DNA of 64,000 nt from Eledone cirrhosa (lineage: Eukaryota), in the NCBI GenBank assembly GCA_964016885.1, contig OZ024743.1, forward strand, positions 34,100,001-34,164,000, written 5' to 3'. The notes under the pieces were generated by a model. The model searched no databases, was not told the origin of the DNA, and saw only the letters and a list, made by a program, of their open reading frames with translations. Below, piece after piece: positions 1 through 12,329 of the stretch; position 1 is the stretch's first letter, and each line of letters begins with the position of its first letter. Made by a program: the position numbers and the translations under genes.

Positions 1-68
1 TATAAATGCCGCGAAACAATTTTGTCAGATGCTCTACCGATACTGCCAATCGATCGCAGAGAGTAGAA

Positions 69-257
69 ATAATTGTTTCTACTTTTGGCACAGGCCAACA
101 ATTACCCCAGTACATTACTGGTACTTTATTTCATCGATCCCGTAAGGATGAAAGGCAAAGTTAACCTCGGCAGGATTTAAACTCAGACCATAAGGGCCAT
201 AACTCTATGCTGCAAAGCATGGTGTTCAACCCTCTACCGATACTGCCAATCCACCGC
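69..257 (-). mobile_element. tRNA-derived SINE (main family of this window)
   Basis: Reverse complement of GGCGGTGGATTGGCAGTATCGGTAG (A box)...GAGTTYAAATCC (B box)...GCCTTTCATCCTTACGGGGTCGATAAAATAAAGTACC...TGTGCCAAAAGTAGAAACAATTAT, repeated >12 times in the window. Confidence 0.9.
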
Positions 258-2510
258 AGAGAGAAAAAATAATACATCGATATACTATTGATTGCAGAGC
301 TTTGTTTACTGAATATTTTCAAATCAACCACATCTACCATTGTTCTTTGTGGTGATGGAGGGGAGGGGTAGTAAGACCCCCAATAAGTTCAGCTTTACTT
401 TTCATCCTATCGGTGTTGATAAATAAAGCACCAGTCTAGGGTGGCGGATTAGCGGAGTTGCCAGTTCGTCAGATAGGATATTGGGTTTTTTTAATTTGTT
501 TTTTATTTTTATGTTCAAATCTCACCTAAGTCCATTTCGGTGGTAGAGTTAATCCGTTACTGTTACTACCTGGATCTTGGATGCAGTAGAGTCTTCTCTG
601 ATGCAAATATTTGGGACAGATCTTCAGTTTGAGAATACTCTCCCTGTCCTTCTCCATCATTCTTGTAGACCCCGAAAATGGCCATGGACATATTCCTTCT
701 ATCTAACTAAGCAATAAAAGAAATGTTTAAGAAATCTAAAACTTTTCTGTGTGTAGTAACAGCACCATCCCAGCTATATGAGCAGTATCTTTATGTAGGC
801 CACTGCCTTCTTTATAGCCAGCACCTACTCAGAGCTTAAGTGTTATATTCTGGCTCCGAATAAAAAATCCTAGTTTTTAGGGTGCATTTTTTCAAGTGGT
901 GGTGGGGCAATACTGATGTTGTGTGGTCGCAAGGAAAGGTGATTAGAGATTGTGATGTCTAATATGTATAGCAGACAATATATTATGACAATGATGCCAT
1001 CTCAGATGACATTAGCACTGTATATAAAGTGAAGCATTAGTGAAATGAATTGAGAATGGAAAACCACGTTGTGGTTTCAACTTTCCAGGATCAATAAAAC
1101 CTCAAATATTACAAACACATACACAAACACACACAGTACATTCAGAGAGACTCTCCTATGAACACTTAGTGATCAATCAAAACGGCTGGCACATCAGACT
1201 TACAAAGTCTTTTTCATATTCATTAACCCTTGCGTTACCAAATTTCTAATGAAAGGCACTGTTTAGTATTTCCAGTTAAATTTGAAAGTAATCAAGAACT
1301 TATTCAATATCAAGTTGATGTTTGAACATAATTAAACAAAGATTGTTCCATATAATTATGTTTGAAGGCGTTTAGATAAATATGAAGTTTTGTATCATTA
1401 GAATCAGGTGGATTTCAGGTGGAAAGGGCGAAGGGACATAGTCATAGTTAAAGCAAAGTCCGGAGAGGAATTAGTAGACTTCATTGCTCGGATTTGGCCC
1501 AGTGGAACTCCTATGTGGGTAATTGTCCACAATGCAATTGTCATAATAAGGAATAAGGCAACACACATGCATATAAACAATGTACAACATATCAATATAC
1601 AGGCGGACACACATTTTTACACAGAACCTCGTGTATGAATACTTCGTAGTTATAACGTAACTATTTCTTTTGTACAAAAGGGTTAGCAGAGAGCACAATA
1701 AAAGTGAAATAAATGCCCTTTAGAACAATAATGTGGTCGTAGCATGGAGGACCTTACCAGAGAAATAATATAAGAATATATAGGTAGAATTAATATCTTC
1801 AAGAAGAGGCCTCATATTTATTCACCTTCGGTGAAAATAGCCTTGACCAGAAGGTGTTGATATCATCAGACAGTGTCCAAAGTTCATTGGGTGTTTTAAA
1901 CCTCAACCGCAACACCTTCACGTGGGGAGTGTGGTCAAGAGTCGAAATAAAGATACGACGAATATACACTCAAAATTAATTATTACATCATATTTTCTAT
2001 TTTCTATATAATTCCAGTAGATCTATATAATCGCAGTAGATCTTATTTCTAGCATCAGCGCAAATTACAAAACTGTTTACATATCTTATGTTGTAGAGGC
2101 CGTTGGCATACAAAAACCGTCGAAACATAAAAAAACAAAACATAGACGCTCTATTTGCTTTGTAAACTCAAATTCGAGTTCAGTTCACCGCGTGGCACCT
2201 TGAGCAAATGTTCTCTAATATAACCTTAGATTGGCCAATACCTTCTGAATGAAATTTAGAAGACGGAAACTGTGCTGAATCCCTTTGTATATATAATTTC
2301 TTTTCAAGTTGGTGGCACACATACGAAAGCAGAGCTGGTGAATGCTTGCATGGCGAATGCGTGAAAAAATGTTCTAATTTTACTCTGTGTTGTTTATTGG
2401 ACAATCCTTGTGCTGATTCCATGCTGTGACGTAACTGGCAGTGGAAATGTGCACTTATTTGCGTAACTGATACTAGCAGTTTGGTATTTGGTGAAACTGG
2501 CGCGGGTTTG

Positions 2511-2548
<38 letters not shown>

Positions 2549-2692
2549 ATAACGAGGTATCAGTGATGCGTGAACATCGAGTGCTCAAACGGCAACCTTA
2601 CAACAACTATATATATATATAGACAAGAATAAATAAATAAATAAAAATGGCGTAGACATTACAGTACAATACAATGGGAGGAAACATAATAG

Positions 2693-2736
2693 TACCACTG
2701 ATGATGTTGCAGATGTGCAACGAAAGAACTTTGATA
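2693..2736 (+). ncRNA. Minimal type-I hammerhead ribozyme (family B variant)
   Basis: UACCA-CUGAUGA-U-GUUGCA/gaug/UGCAAC-GAAAG-AA-CUU-UGAUA; one mismatch in stem I. Confidence 0.6.
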
Positions 2737-2923
2737 GACTATATATATATATATTTATATCTGTATTTTTAACCGTTGGTCAATCAATGATAAAACGTTG
2801 ATTGCCAAATAAATTAACTATGGAGATATAAAAGATACAGAAGCGAAAACCAACCAAACAGTGAGTGTGTTCTGTTATTATTTCTGGCAATATTATTACA
2901 ACAATATGACCCTCCCCAAGTAT

Positions 2924-3063
<140 letters not shown>

Positions 3064-3230
3064 CTTCTGAATTTGTTTAGCAAGATTCTTTATCTGAAAT
3101 CGTGTGTTGAAACCGATATTGTTATACTTTGGGAGGGTCATGTTGCCAATAAGAACACAACACACACACAGAAAAAAAATGGCGTAGGACAGAACAAAGG
3201 AGAGGCACAGAAACAAAGAAAGGAATCCCC

Positions 3231-3275
3231 AGTCACTGAAGAGGTCACAGAGTGTGTGACGAAAGAACTATGATT
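3231..3275 (+). ncRNA. Minimal type-I hammerhead ribozyme (family B)
   Basis: AGUCA-CUGAAGA-G-GUCACA..UGUGAC-GAAAG-AA-CUA-UGAUU, in a (TA)n-flanked element spanning about 3061-3430. Confidence 0.75.
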
Positions 3276-3427
3276 ATATATAAACAACTATCTGGTTGTG
3301 GAACCAACCAACCAACCAGAAATTTATAAATTTATAAATTTATTATAAATTTATTATAATAAATTGAAGTGAAAGCAACTGGTGCGTGTGTTTCTTATTG
3401 GCAACATGACCCTCTCAAAGTATAACA

Positions 3428-3458
<31 letters not shown>

Positions 3459-3730
3459 TCTTATTAATTGATTCGATTATCGATTGTCTGATATTAGTGG
3501 TATTAATTTTATTGGAAACCCTAGTTAATTTCTGGGTTATATCAATATTTTAAATATTTCTATTAATTGATGTGATGGTCGAGCCATATTAATGTTATTG
3601 ATAAACCTAATTAATTTGTCTAATGTTGCCATTACGACACTGATTCTTTAAGTGAATACTCTGTTCCAGAATCCATTTCAGTTAGCATTGTGTAAGGTGC
3701 GCAAAGTACCTCATGGTAATGAGATTTCGA

Positions 3731-3835
<105 letters not shown>

Positions 3836-4212
3836 TATGTGTGTTTGTATATGTGTGTGGGTGTGTATTTGGAAGACTAAGAAGAAAGCACTAAGAAATA
3901 CGAAAGAAATGGTGAATGAAATAAAGAGAAAACTAAGAGACAGAAGAGATAGACGATGATGGTGAAGAGAGGGGTGATGGGTGATGGTAAGAAGAGATGG
4001 AGATGGCGGGGAAAACATAGGGAAGGTAGGGGAAGTGAAAAGCGATGGCGGTGAGGAAGTAGGCAGTGATAGGGAAGGGATAGGCGATGTACTATTGTAA
4101 ATATCTGAAACATAAGTCAATGTTAATCGCAGTGGGAGGAGAAAAACACAGAGTGGTGGAATGAAGTCTTTTGATAATGAAATGTCAAGGATTGATGGAG
4201 TGGAGTGTATAC

Positions 4213-4282
<70 letters not shown>

Positions 4283-4617
4283 TGCGTGTACATATGTCTT
4301 TATGTTTGTGTGTATGAGTAGATATATATGTATTTATACACAGGAATCATGTTCTACAAGATCCTGTTAATCCGGATATCGGATAGACCTAGCGAAATTT
4401 GAGCTAAGACAGTGACTGCCATTGTTAACTTTCAGTTCCATCTTTCAGTGTCAATGATGTAGGAGCGTATATTCTATGGGAGTGCTTCACACTTACCAAA
4501 GATGGTAAATTCATCAAATATTTAGCTCAGTCAATATTACCATCATATATCATAATGGAAAACCAATGTTTTTGTCCCCTGTTATGAAATATTATGGTAG
4601 TTTCTTTGAGATAGCTC

Positions 4618-4699
<82 letters not shown>

Positions 4700-5049
4700 A
4701 CATCTAGTTCTATCCTGGTTTAAGCTGGGCGGATGGTGAGATAATGGGCAAGTGACAAAACAAGGAGGATTGAAGGTGAACGACATTTTACCATTACACA
4801 TCCTGTTTATTATTCACTGTTATACTGCTCTCTAAGAAATATACTTCTTTCTCACACTTCGAACATTTCCTTAACTAGCTTCTTGATTTCTCTACTATTC
4901 TAATTGATTCATCTCTCCTCTCCCTGCTCCTTTATATCAATATTCAGTCGGTTACTTATATAGGACGTACTCTTCTCTAATGAACTCTACGATTGAGTAA
5001 TAAAATTATCCATGATAAAGCAAGCAGCTTACCGACTGAGGTAATCAAA

Positions 5050-5830
5050 CCATTCCAAAGGATGTTAAAGTATTTAATTAGTGTCAAGAGTTCTTATATT
5101 CCCAAGTGTGTAATGAGGATGACGCTTAGTTGTATTGGTAAACATGAACACAATATAGCGAAGCTTTTATGAACGAAGCCATCACTCCGCGTCGTAAATG
5201 TAAATAAGGAACATTATAAGGTGTTATGTTGCACGGATGCAGAAAATACGCTGCATTTAAAGTTAGTGATGATGGGGAATGCAGCATGTCCACGAATTGT
5301 CGACGTATAATGCACTAGTTACCAGCGTGTTATTGCCATTCTAAAAAATCGTGGTTCAACATTCATATCTTTAATGAATGTTTTTTTTTTTCAAGCAGTT
5401 CATTCCAGTAATGTATAAATACCAGGAATGGTGTCTTAAATTTTCTATGGATAAAGTGAAAGTGCTTCTAATTTTGGACGAAGCACCTACTCACCCAGGT
5501 GATCATCTTGTCAGTAATGATGGCAAAATAAGGAGCTTGTTACATCCATGATCTATTCAATGGATCAAGTTATAATTGTAGCCTGCAAGAGATTATCCCA
5601 ACGAAGATATCTGGACGAAGTTTACCTGATGATAGAGGACGACAATGTTAGAGAAGACACACGAGGACAAAGAACGTTTAGTAACATGAAGAACTGCAAC
5701 CACAAGACTGCAATATTCAATTCAGTAGCTTGATTGAGGGCACAGATAACTATCACTGGAGCCAATGCTTGGAAAAAATCTTTTGTACGATGTAGAGGCT
5801 GAATATGATTTTGTAAGACTGGAAGCAAAG
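5050..5830 (+). pseudogene. Decayed Tigger/pogo (DDE_1, CENP-B-like) transposase
   Basis: Frameshifted motifs KKSWFNIHIFNE, KVLLILDEAPTHP, LVSNDGKI, SMDQVIIVACKRL resemble the Tigger LLLLDNAPAHP...IQPMDQGVI motifs. Confidence 0.75.
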
Positions 5831-5904
5831 AATGTTCATCGTATATTTAAAAGGGTAAACGAAACAGATGTCTGAGAAGCCCCTAGCCAGAAGCTGGTTA
5901 GAGG

Positions 5905-6075
5905 CCACCGGGAGATCTCCCACCCACTTTGGGGTGGATGAGAGATGTCTTCTCTTGTGAAAATGGGTATAGATTTCATTATGTAAAATCTCCCTATTTG
6001 GCCTCATTTCTCTCCGTTTTGGGGCACTTTTTTCAAGGTACTCCCCGTTTGGGTTTTTAGAGGTTGGCAGGTCTG
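5905..6075. mobile_element. hAT-type MITE copy (family of 51316-51510), left end decayed
   Basis: Shared internal CCCACCCACTTTGGGGTGGATGAG...GTGAAAATGGGTAT and right TIR GTTGGCAGGTCTG. Confidence 0.7.
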
Positions 6076-6222
6076 CCAATGTGAACAGAAAAAGAAATAG
6101 TAGATGAGGAGAATCTTTGAGAACGTCATTTAGTATATCAAAGTGTCATCAGAAACTAACAGTCAAAACCAGTATCAACATTGTTGAGTCTAAAGGAAAT
6201 TTATTATCTGGAAGCTGTTTTA

Positions 6223-6442
6223 GGGCGGTGGATTGGCAGTATCGGTAGAGCGTCAGGCATCATTCTTTGTAGCATAGAGCTATAGCCCTTTACAGTTTGA
6301 GTTCAAATCCCGCGTAGGTTAGCTTTTGCCTTTCATCCTTACGGGGTTGATAAAATAAAATAGCTGTCACGTACTGGGGTCAATAAAATCGACTTTCCCT
6401 TCTCCCCAAATTGCTGGCCTTGTGCCATAGTAGAAATAATTA
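6223..6442 (+). mobile_element. tRNA-derived SINE
   Basis: A box/B box head, GCCTTTCATCC core, GTAGAAATAATTAT tail. Confidence 0.85.
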
Positions 6443-6643
6443 TCTGGAAGCAGTCTCAGCAAGGTATAAACAACAGAAAGTCGACTATTTTTTAAAGACA
6501 ATTCGTTCAAACTTTGTTGCAGCTGTTAATCTAGCTGAGGGTATTGATGACCCACCTTCAGTTGGCCCAGTCACTTCTCACTATATAAAGTTAGGAATTT
6601 ATGGTATCAATTTTTCAATTTTTACATATTGAAATATTAAATG

Positions 6644-6712
<69 letters not shown>

Positions 6713-6811
6713 AGAAAATGTTCATATATATATATATATATAAGAAAATGTTCATATATATATATAAATATATGAAAATGTTCATATATATATATATATA
6801 GGAAAATGTTC

Positions 6812-6866
<55 letters not shown>

Positions 6867-6880
6867 CATATATATAAACA

Positions 6881-7025
6881 ATATAGAAATGGCTTTCACA
6901 GGACTAGAACTGTTTCATTCGGGAGAAATCATCAGCGAGCCCGAATGAAACAGTTCTAGTCCAGTAGAAGCCATTTCTATATTAAATATTTATACTCTGC
7001 TATGTATTGAGTACCTTACTTACTG
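6881..7025. mobile_element. TA-embedded palindromic element (family E) with hammerhead-like core on the minus strand (about 6898-6939)
   Basis: Inverted arms AATATAGAAATGGCTT...AAGCCATTTCTATATT; minus strand reads CUGAUGA-UUUCUCCCGAAU-GAAAC..GUC; stem I not evident; related copies at about 7660-7790, 17235-17330 and 56680-56780. Confidence 0.6.
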
Positions 7026-7061
7026 TGGTTACCCCCGATTGAACTCGGAATAAACACATCT

Positions 7062-7163
<102 letters not shown>

Positions 7164-7194
7164 GAAGTGGTTACACAACAGTTAGTTCACCAAA

Positions 7195-7234
7195 CCGAGA
7201 ACAATTGTTTCACCTTCGCGGATCTTCAGCTCGG
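7195..7234 (-). ncRNA. Minimal type-I hammerhead ribozyme (family C)
   Basis: CCGAG-CUGAAGA-UCCGCGAAGGU-GAAAC-AAUU-GUU-CUCGG. Confidence 0.7.
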
Positions 7235-7263
7235 GATGTGCACACTCAGAATGAATACACATC

Positions 7264-7303
7264 CCGAGCTGAAGATCCGCGAAGGTGAAATAATTGTTCT
7301 CGG
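7264..7303 (+). ncRNA. Minimal type-I hammerhead ribozyme (family C, opposite arm)
   Basis: CCGAG-CUGAAGA-..-GAAAU-AAUU-GUU-CUCGG; inverted copy of 7195-7234. Confidence 0.65.
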
Positions 7304-7398
7304 TTTGGTGAACTAACTGTTGTGTAACCACTTCTACCTAACTCGTCCCTTGGACTGAGTGCTCTACCACTACGGATATCACCTTCCAGTGTTCCTCC

Positions 7399-7442
<44 letters not shown>

Positions 7443-7554
7443 TAAGAGGAATTCCAACTTTGTCTGATTTACTCGTTTTATTTACAATCCTTTAAAATTT
7501 ATAATGGTATTATAATGAAATATTATGATAGAATATTAAATTCTAAGTGTTAAT

Positions 7555-7593
7555 TGAACAAGTACTTTCATGCTTTCGCAATCTTCAGGTTCA
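7555..7593 (-). ncRNA. Ultra-compact type-I hammerhead ribozyme (family D)
   Basis: UGAAC-CUGAAGA-U-UGC-GAAA-GCA-U-GAAAG-UA-CUU-GUUCA. Confidence 0.65.
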
Positions 7594-7806
7594 TAATATG
7601 TGGTGACAGTCAAGTTTGCAATTTTCACAGTTGAAAATTGCAAACTTGACTGTAACGACTCAATACATAGCAGAGTATAAATATTTAATATAGAAATGGC
7701 TTCTAGATGGTTTCATTCGGGCTCGCTGATGATTTCTCCCGAATGAAACAGTTCTAGTCCTGTGAAAGCCATTTCTATATTGTTTATATATATGTATATA
7801 ATGCCA

Positions 7807-7860
<54 letters not shown>

Positions 7861-7899
7861 TGGCACAAAATTCTCTAAATGGCTACAAAAAAATTCCAA

Positions 7900-8250
7900 A
7901 ATACGGGCGCGAAATTTAATGTACTTGTTAACGTAACAGTCACAATTTCATTTATAACCAATCAAATTACATTTATAAAAAAAAGCCTTCGTGAGCCACC
8001 TTTTTTTTAAAGTAAAAAGAAATTCAAACACAAACTGGCGCGAAAGCTGATGTGCTTATTCATGTGACTGCATCAACCAATCAAACTTCACTCATATATG
8101 AAAAAAACAACCTGAGCCACCCCTTTGTTTAAAGGCAAATATAATAAGAACTTTCTAACGCGAACTGGCGCGAAATTTATTAAACTTATTCACCAACCAA
8201 CCAAATTACTTCTCTAAAAACCTAGCATTTCGAGCCACTTTTTTCCATAT
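7900..8250. repeat. Three diverged ~130-bp tandem units containing GGCGCGAAA and CCAAT motifs
   Basis: GGCGCGAAA at 7906, 8037, 8167; CCAATCA at 7958, 8077; GAGCCAC in each unit. Confidence 0.7.
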
Positions 8251-8707
8251 AAAACAGAAGTAACATTCAAAGACCAACCAGATGTGAGAAAAACCACAAA
8301 CCCTCCATCTCAATTCTACTTTTGAAAAGCAGAAGAACTGCGAAACCGGTAAAGGAATCAAATAAATATATATATATAAAAAAAAAAAGACTCCAGTTGC
8401 ATTTTCGATTTTATCTTTTTTCCTTATACTTTCACTCGCGTAGGACACCTCGGTCATTTTTCATTTTGTAAAAGAACCTCACTTTCTAATAAATAATATA
8501 TATATATATATATATAATAATAATAAGTTGACGGGACTAGCATAAGTTTCACTGCTAGTACCGGTTGCATCTCAGCGTACTCAATAGGTAAGGTTATATA
8601 AAAATCCCAGAGTAGACACAAAGTTATTTACTTCAATACAACACGCATAAATAGGTACCATTATTTGATACCCGTACTTGAGTTTCGGCCACACTGATAT
8701 ATATGTT

Positions 8708-8778
<71 letters not shown>

Positions 8779-8926
8779 ATGCTTTGGGAGGGTCATGTTG
8801 CCAATAAGAAACACACGCACCAGTCGCTTTCACTCGAATTTATTATAAATTAAATTTATAAATTTAAGTATTTATAAATTTCCGGTTGGTTGGTTGGTTC
8901 CATAACCGGACGGTTGTTCATATATT

Positions 8927-8969
8927 GTCAAAGTTCTTTCGTCACACATTCTGTGACCTCTTCAGTGAC
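8927..8969 (-). ncRNA. Minimal type-I hammerhead ribozyme (family B)
   Basis: GUCA-CUGAAGA-G-GUCACA..UGUGAC-GAAAG-AA-CUU-UGAC. Confidence 0.7.
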
Positions 8970-9089
8970 TGGGGATTCTTTTCTTTGTTTTGTGCCTCTC
9001 CTTTGTTCTGTCCTATGCCATCTTGTTTTTTTCAAGATGGCGTAGGACAGAACAAAGGAGAGACACAAAAACAAAGAAAAGAATCCCCA

Positions 9090-9132
9090 GTCACTGAAGA
9101 GGTCACAGAATGTATGACGAAAGAACTTTGAC
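9090..9132 (+). ncRNA. Minimal type-I hammerhead ribozyme (family B)
   Basis: GUCA-CUGAAGA-GGUCACAGAAUGUAUGAC-GAAAG-AA-CUU-UGAC. Confidence 0.65.
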
Positions 9133-10444
9133 AATATATGAACAACCGTCCGGTTATGGAACCAACCAACCGGAAATTTATAAATACTTAAATTTATAAA
9201 TTTAATTTATAATAAATTGGAGTGAAGCAACTGGTGCGTGTGTTTCTTATTGGCAACATGACCCTCCCAAAGCATAACAATATCGGTTTCAACACACGTT
9301 TTCAGATAAAGAATCTTGCTAAACAAATTCAGAAACGAAATATATATATATATTCGTAACAAAGTGTTGTAGTTTGCTTGAAGTATTGTGGAATAGAAAA
9401 TACAAATTTAAATAAGTTTAGATATTTGAAAGCCCTACAATTCATGTTTTATATAGTATTCCATGTAATTTTGTTACTTTTATGAAAATGTAAAAAATAT
9501 ATACATATGTATACGTGTGCATGTTTATATATGTGTGTGTGAGTGTGTGTACATGTATATGTGTGTGCATGTATGTATATGTACGTATGTATATGTATGT
9601 ATGTATGTATATATCAACATATATACACTCCACTCCATCAATCCTTGACATTTCATTATCAAAAGACTTCATTCCACCACTCTGTGTTTTTCTCCTCCCA
9701 CTGCGATTAACATTGACTTATGTTTCAGATATTTACAATAGTACATCGCCCATTTCTTACCCACCCTCGTCTATCTCTTCCCCCATCACCCAGTTCTTCC
9801 CTACTATCATCCATCTCTTTACCACCATCGCCCACCTATACTCCACTACCACCCATATCTTCCCCACCTTCCGCGTCTCTTTTTTAGTTTTTGTCTTCGT
9901 TTCCTTCACCATTTCGTTCGCATTTCTTGTGCTTTCTTTTTATTCTGTTTTTTTTTTAGTTTTGTTCTCTCCTTTTTTTATCTTAGCTTTCTTGTCTTTG
10001 TTGTTGTTGTTGTTGAGTTCTTCTCCTTGTCCTCATTCCCCTCTTTGCATCTAACAGTGCACCTTTCGTCTTTCTCGTTCACTTTAAACAGCCATTTTGT
10101 TTTTAACCAGCCATTAGGATGAATGTCAAACTCTGGCCGAGAACTGCTATAATGAGGAATATTCTAGTCATTACCATTTCATATTTTATTTCAAGATATA
10201 ATATGAGACTACACTGTTTCATGTGTTATTTTTCTTTGTAGGATATGATTCCAGAAAGACTTGGATGAAGTGTTTCAAATATTTAGCATTGACTCTTATT
10301 TCATCTGGCTAACGAGTTGATACATATTATCATTTCTTTTCTTCTCCATGACGAAATGTTATTAACTTAACTACAGCACAGTCAAACATACAGATATATG
10401 AAATACAAAAAAGTACATGATAAGATGACAAGTCAGTCAATCAT

Positions 10445-10790
10445 ATTGATGGCCTCCCCACAGCCCCGGCGGACAGAAGGGAGAAGGCGGTTCCCGGACG
10501 ACAAGGGAAACGCGCTGGAAGAGCCATTCCAACTCGTGAGGCTCAACCTGCGGTGCCTATGGTGGTGAGTAGGGAGGTAGTCCTAGGGCCGAGGACACTA
10601 GAATTCTCCACTGCCAACCTGTCGGAGAGCGACTGGTATTTGGAGATTTTGGCCTCCTCAGCCCGACGTGCAGCAGAACCTGGGTTAGTCGCAGACTGCA
10701 CCAGGTTGCGGCTGGAGAGAGTGTCGGTGCAAGTGACATCCCAGACGAGGGGTTTGCCACTGCGGAACGGGAAGATAGTCATTGTCTCCA
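10445..10790 (-). pseudogene. CRE-like non-LTR retrotransposon restriction-like endonuclease fragment
   Basis: TIFPFRSGKPLVWDVTCTDTL...AARRAEEAKISKY...AVENSSVLGP: PD-(D/E)xK-type C-terminal domain of CRE-clade elements. Confidence 0.8.
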
Positions 10791-11014
10791 TAGCAAAAGA
10801 ATTTAAACCCCTAAAGCTAATACAATTAATTGTAAGTCAGTGGTACGTTTAGTTATAGCTAAAATATATTGTTAATATGATGCTTGTCATAAATTTAAAG
10901 AGAGAAGAATTAAAAAAAAGTAATACTTCAATGACAAACTTTCATCTTTATATAAGAAGCGAACACTTCATATCCTTTTTCAAAACATCAGATAAAGGCT
11001 GCTTCATGATCAGA

Positions 11015-11172
11015 ATGGTGAATTCGTTACTCGGAGGTTAGCGAGATAGATGAGCTGAACGAGTCGGTCCAACTCGAAGGACTCGTTCTTGCGAATGACC
11101 ATCTCCATCCTGGTCGCAGTAAGTAAGGAGGTGACTCAGGAACCCAGCACGCTAGATGTTTCTGCCGCTATG
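11015..11172 (-). pseudogene. Second decayed CRE-like endonuclease fragment
   Basis: Minus-strand translation IAAETSSVLGS*VTSLL...LVQLIYLANLR matches the same C-terminal motif. Confidence 0.55.
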
Positions 11173-11553
11173 AATTCGTTGATATCGGTTGGTTTTATCT
11201 TAACATTCCGTGGTGGATTCAAGCTTACCATGAATATTATTTGGAAATGAATAAGAGCTATTATATTTAGTTGTTCTAGACACAGTACGTGGTTGAATTA
11301 GTGTCACAGAAAAGCCTATAAATTCACCCGTTTTTGTAATACCAAATGGAAAAGGATAACAATTCTTACCAAATGATTTAATTCTTTAAAGTTAATTAAT
11401 GGAATATGGGACAATTACCAGCTGCCATGAAGTAAACAAAGTTACTATTTACCCGTGTCATTCATGACATGTAGCTATCTACAGGCATTAGTTCAGATTT
11501 GTGTAGTATCATGGGCTTAAGATAGGGGAGGTCTATTACTTTATTTCTCTCAG

Positions 11554-11607
11554 GTGCAATGGATCTAAGTATTGGTAGAGCTGTATATCTGAAGTACGAT
11601 GGACCAG
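11554..11607 (+). CDS. Candidate 54-bp phase-1/phase-1 coding exon (..AMDLSIGRAVYLKYDGP..) of an unidentified gene
   Basis: Acceptor actttatttctctcag|GT, donor CAG|gtgaga, open symmetric frame, unique sequence. Confidence 0.3.
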
Positions 11608-12329
11608 GTGAGAAGTCATTACATAACATTGATGTACGAAATGGATGTTGTTGGTGTACAGATACGCTGAGTCGAATATACAACTTTCTTGACCGTAAAA
11701 TATTCAGTGGACCATTAAGTGTTCAGCGAACCGTACAACATTCAGATGATCATAAATTCTTCAGTCAATTATAAGCTCTACTATGGATTATAAACTTTCC
11801 AATGAAGCAAGAAACTAAACAAATTTAATTTGAATGAAATTTTGAATTGATTTTCTTTTTCTATAAATGACCTTGACATTTAAAATATATATGTATTGAC
11901 AGGCAATATAAATATTGAACAGTTTGAATATAGATGTTTTGGGAGTTATAAATGTGTTGGGTTTTAGAGTATCATATCAAATGGAGTTCATTTCTTAAAG
12001 CTGATTTACAATTATTTTGCCGAAATATTGACTAAGTTTTATGTTTCCATATTTTAAGATATAAATTAAGTTTGCACGCGACTTGAATGTGAGTTCTACT
12101 GGGATCTTAGAGCTGATCGAATCGCCATATTAATTCAGTATCTGTGCTACAATATAGAGGCTGTTTTATCAACTCGGAAATTGTCCAAATAAAAATTTGT
12201 TTTGATAGATGGAATTAAAAGTTTTTTTTTTTAGTCAGGAAGGGCATTTAGCTGCAAATGCTCAGTGTGCCACAATATGATCCAAGACACATAATGCTGT
12301 TCTTCTTTATATATACACAGGTTAATATG

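Larger units (their letters stand above)
8773..9282. mobile_element. ~510-bp palindromic element (family B) between (TA)n tracts
   Basis: Near-perfect inverted arms ATTGTTATGCTTTGGGAGGGTCATG.../...CATGACCCTCCCAAAGCATAACAAT centred near 9030. Confidence 0.85.
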
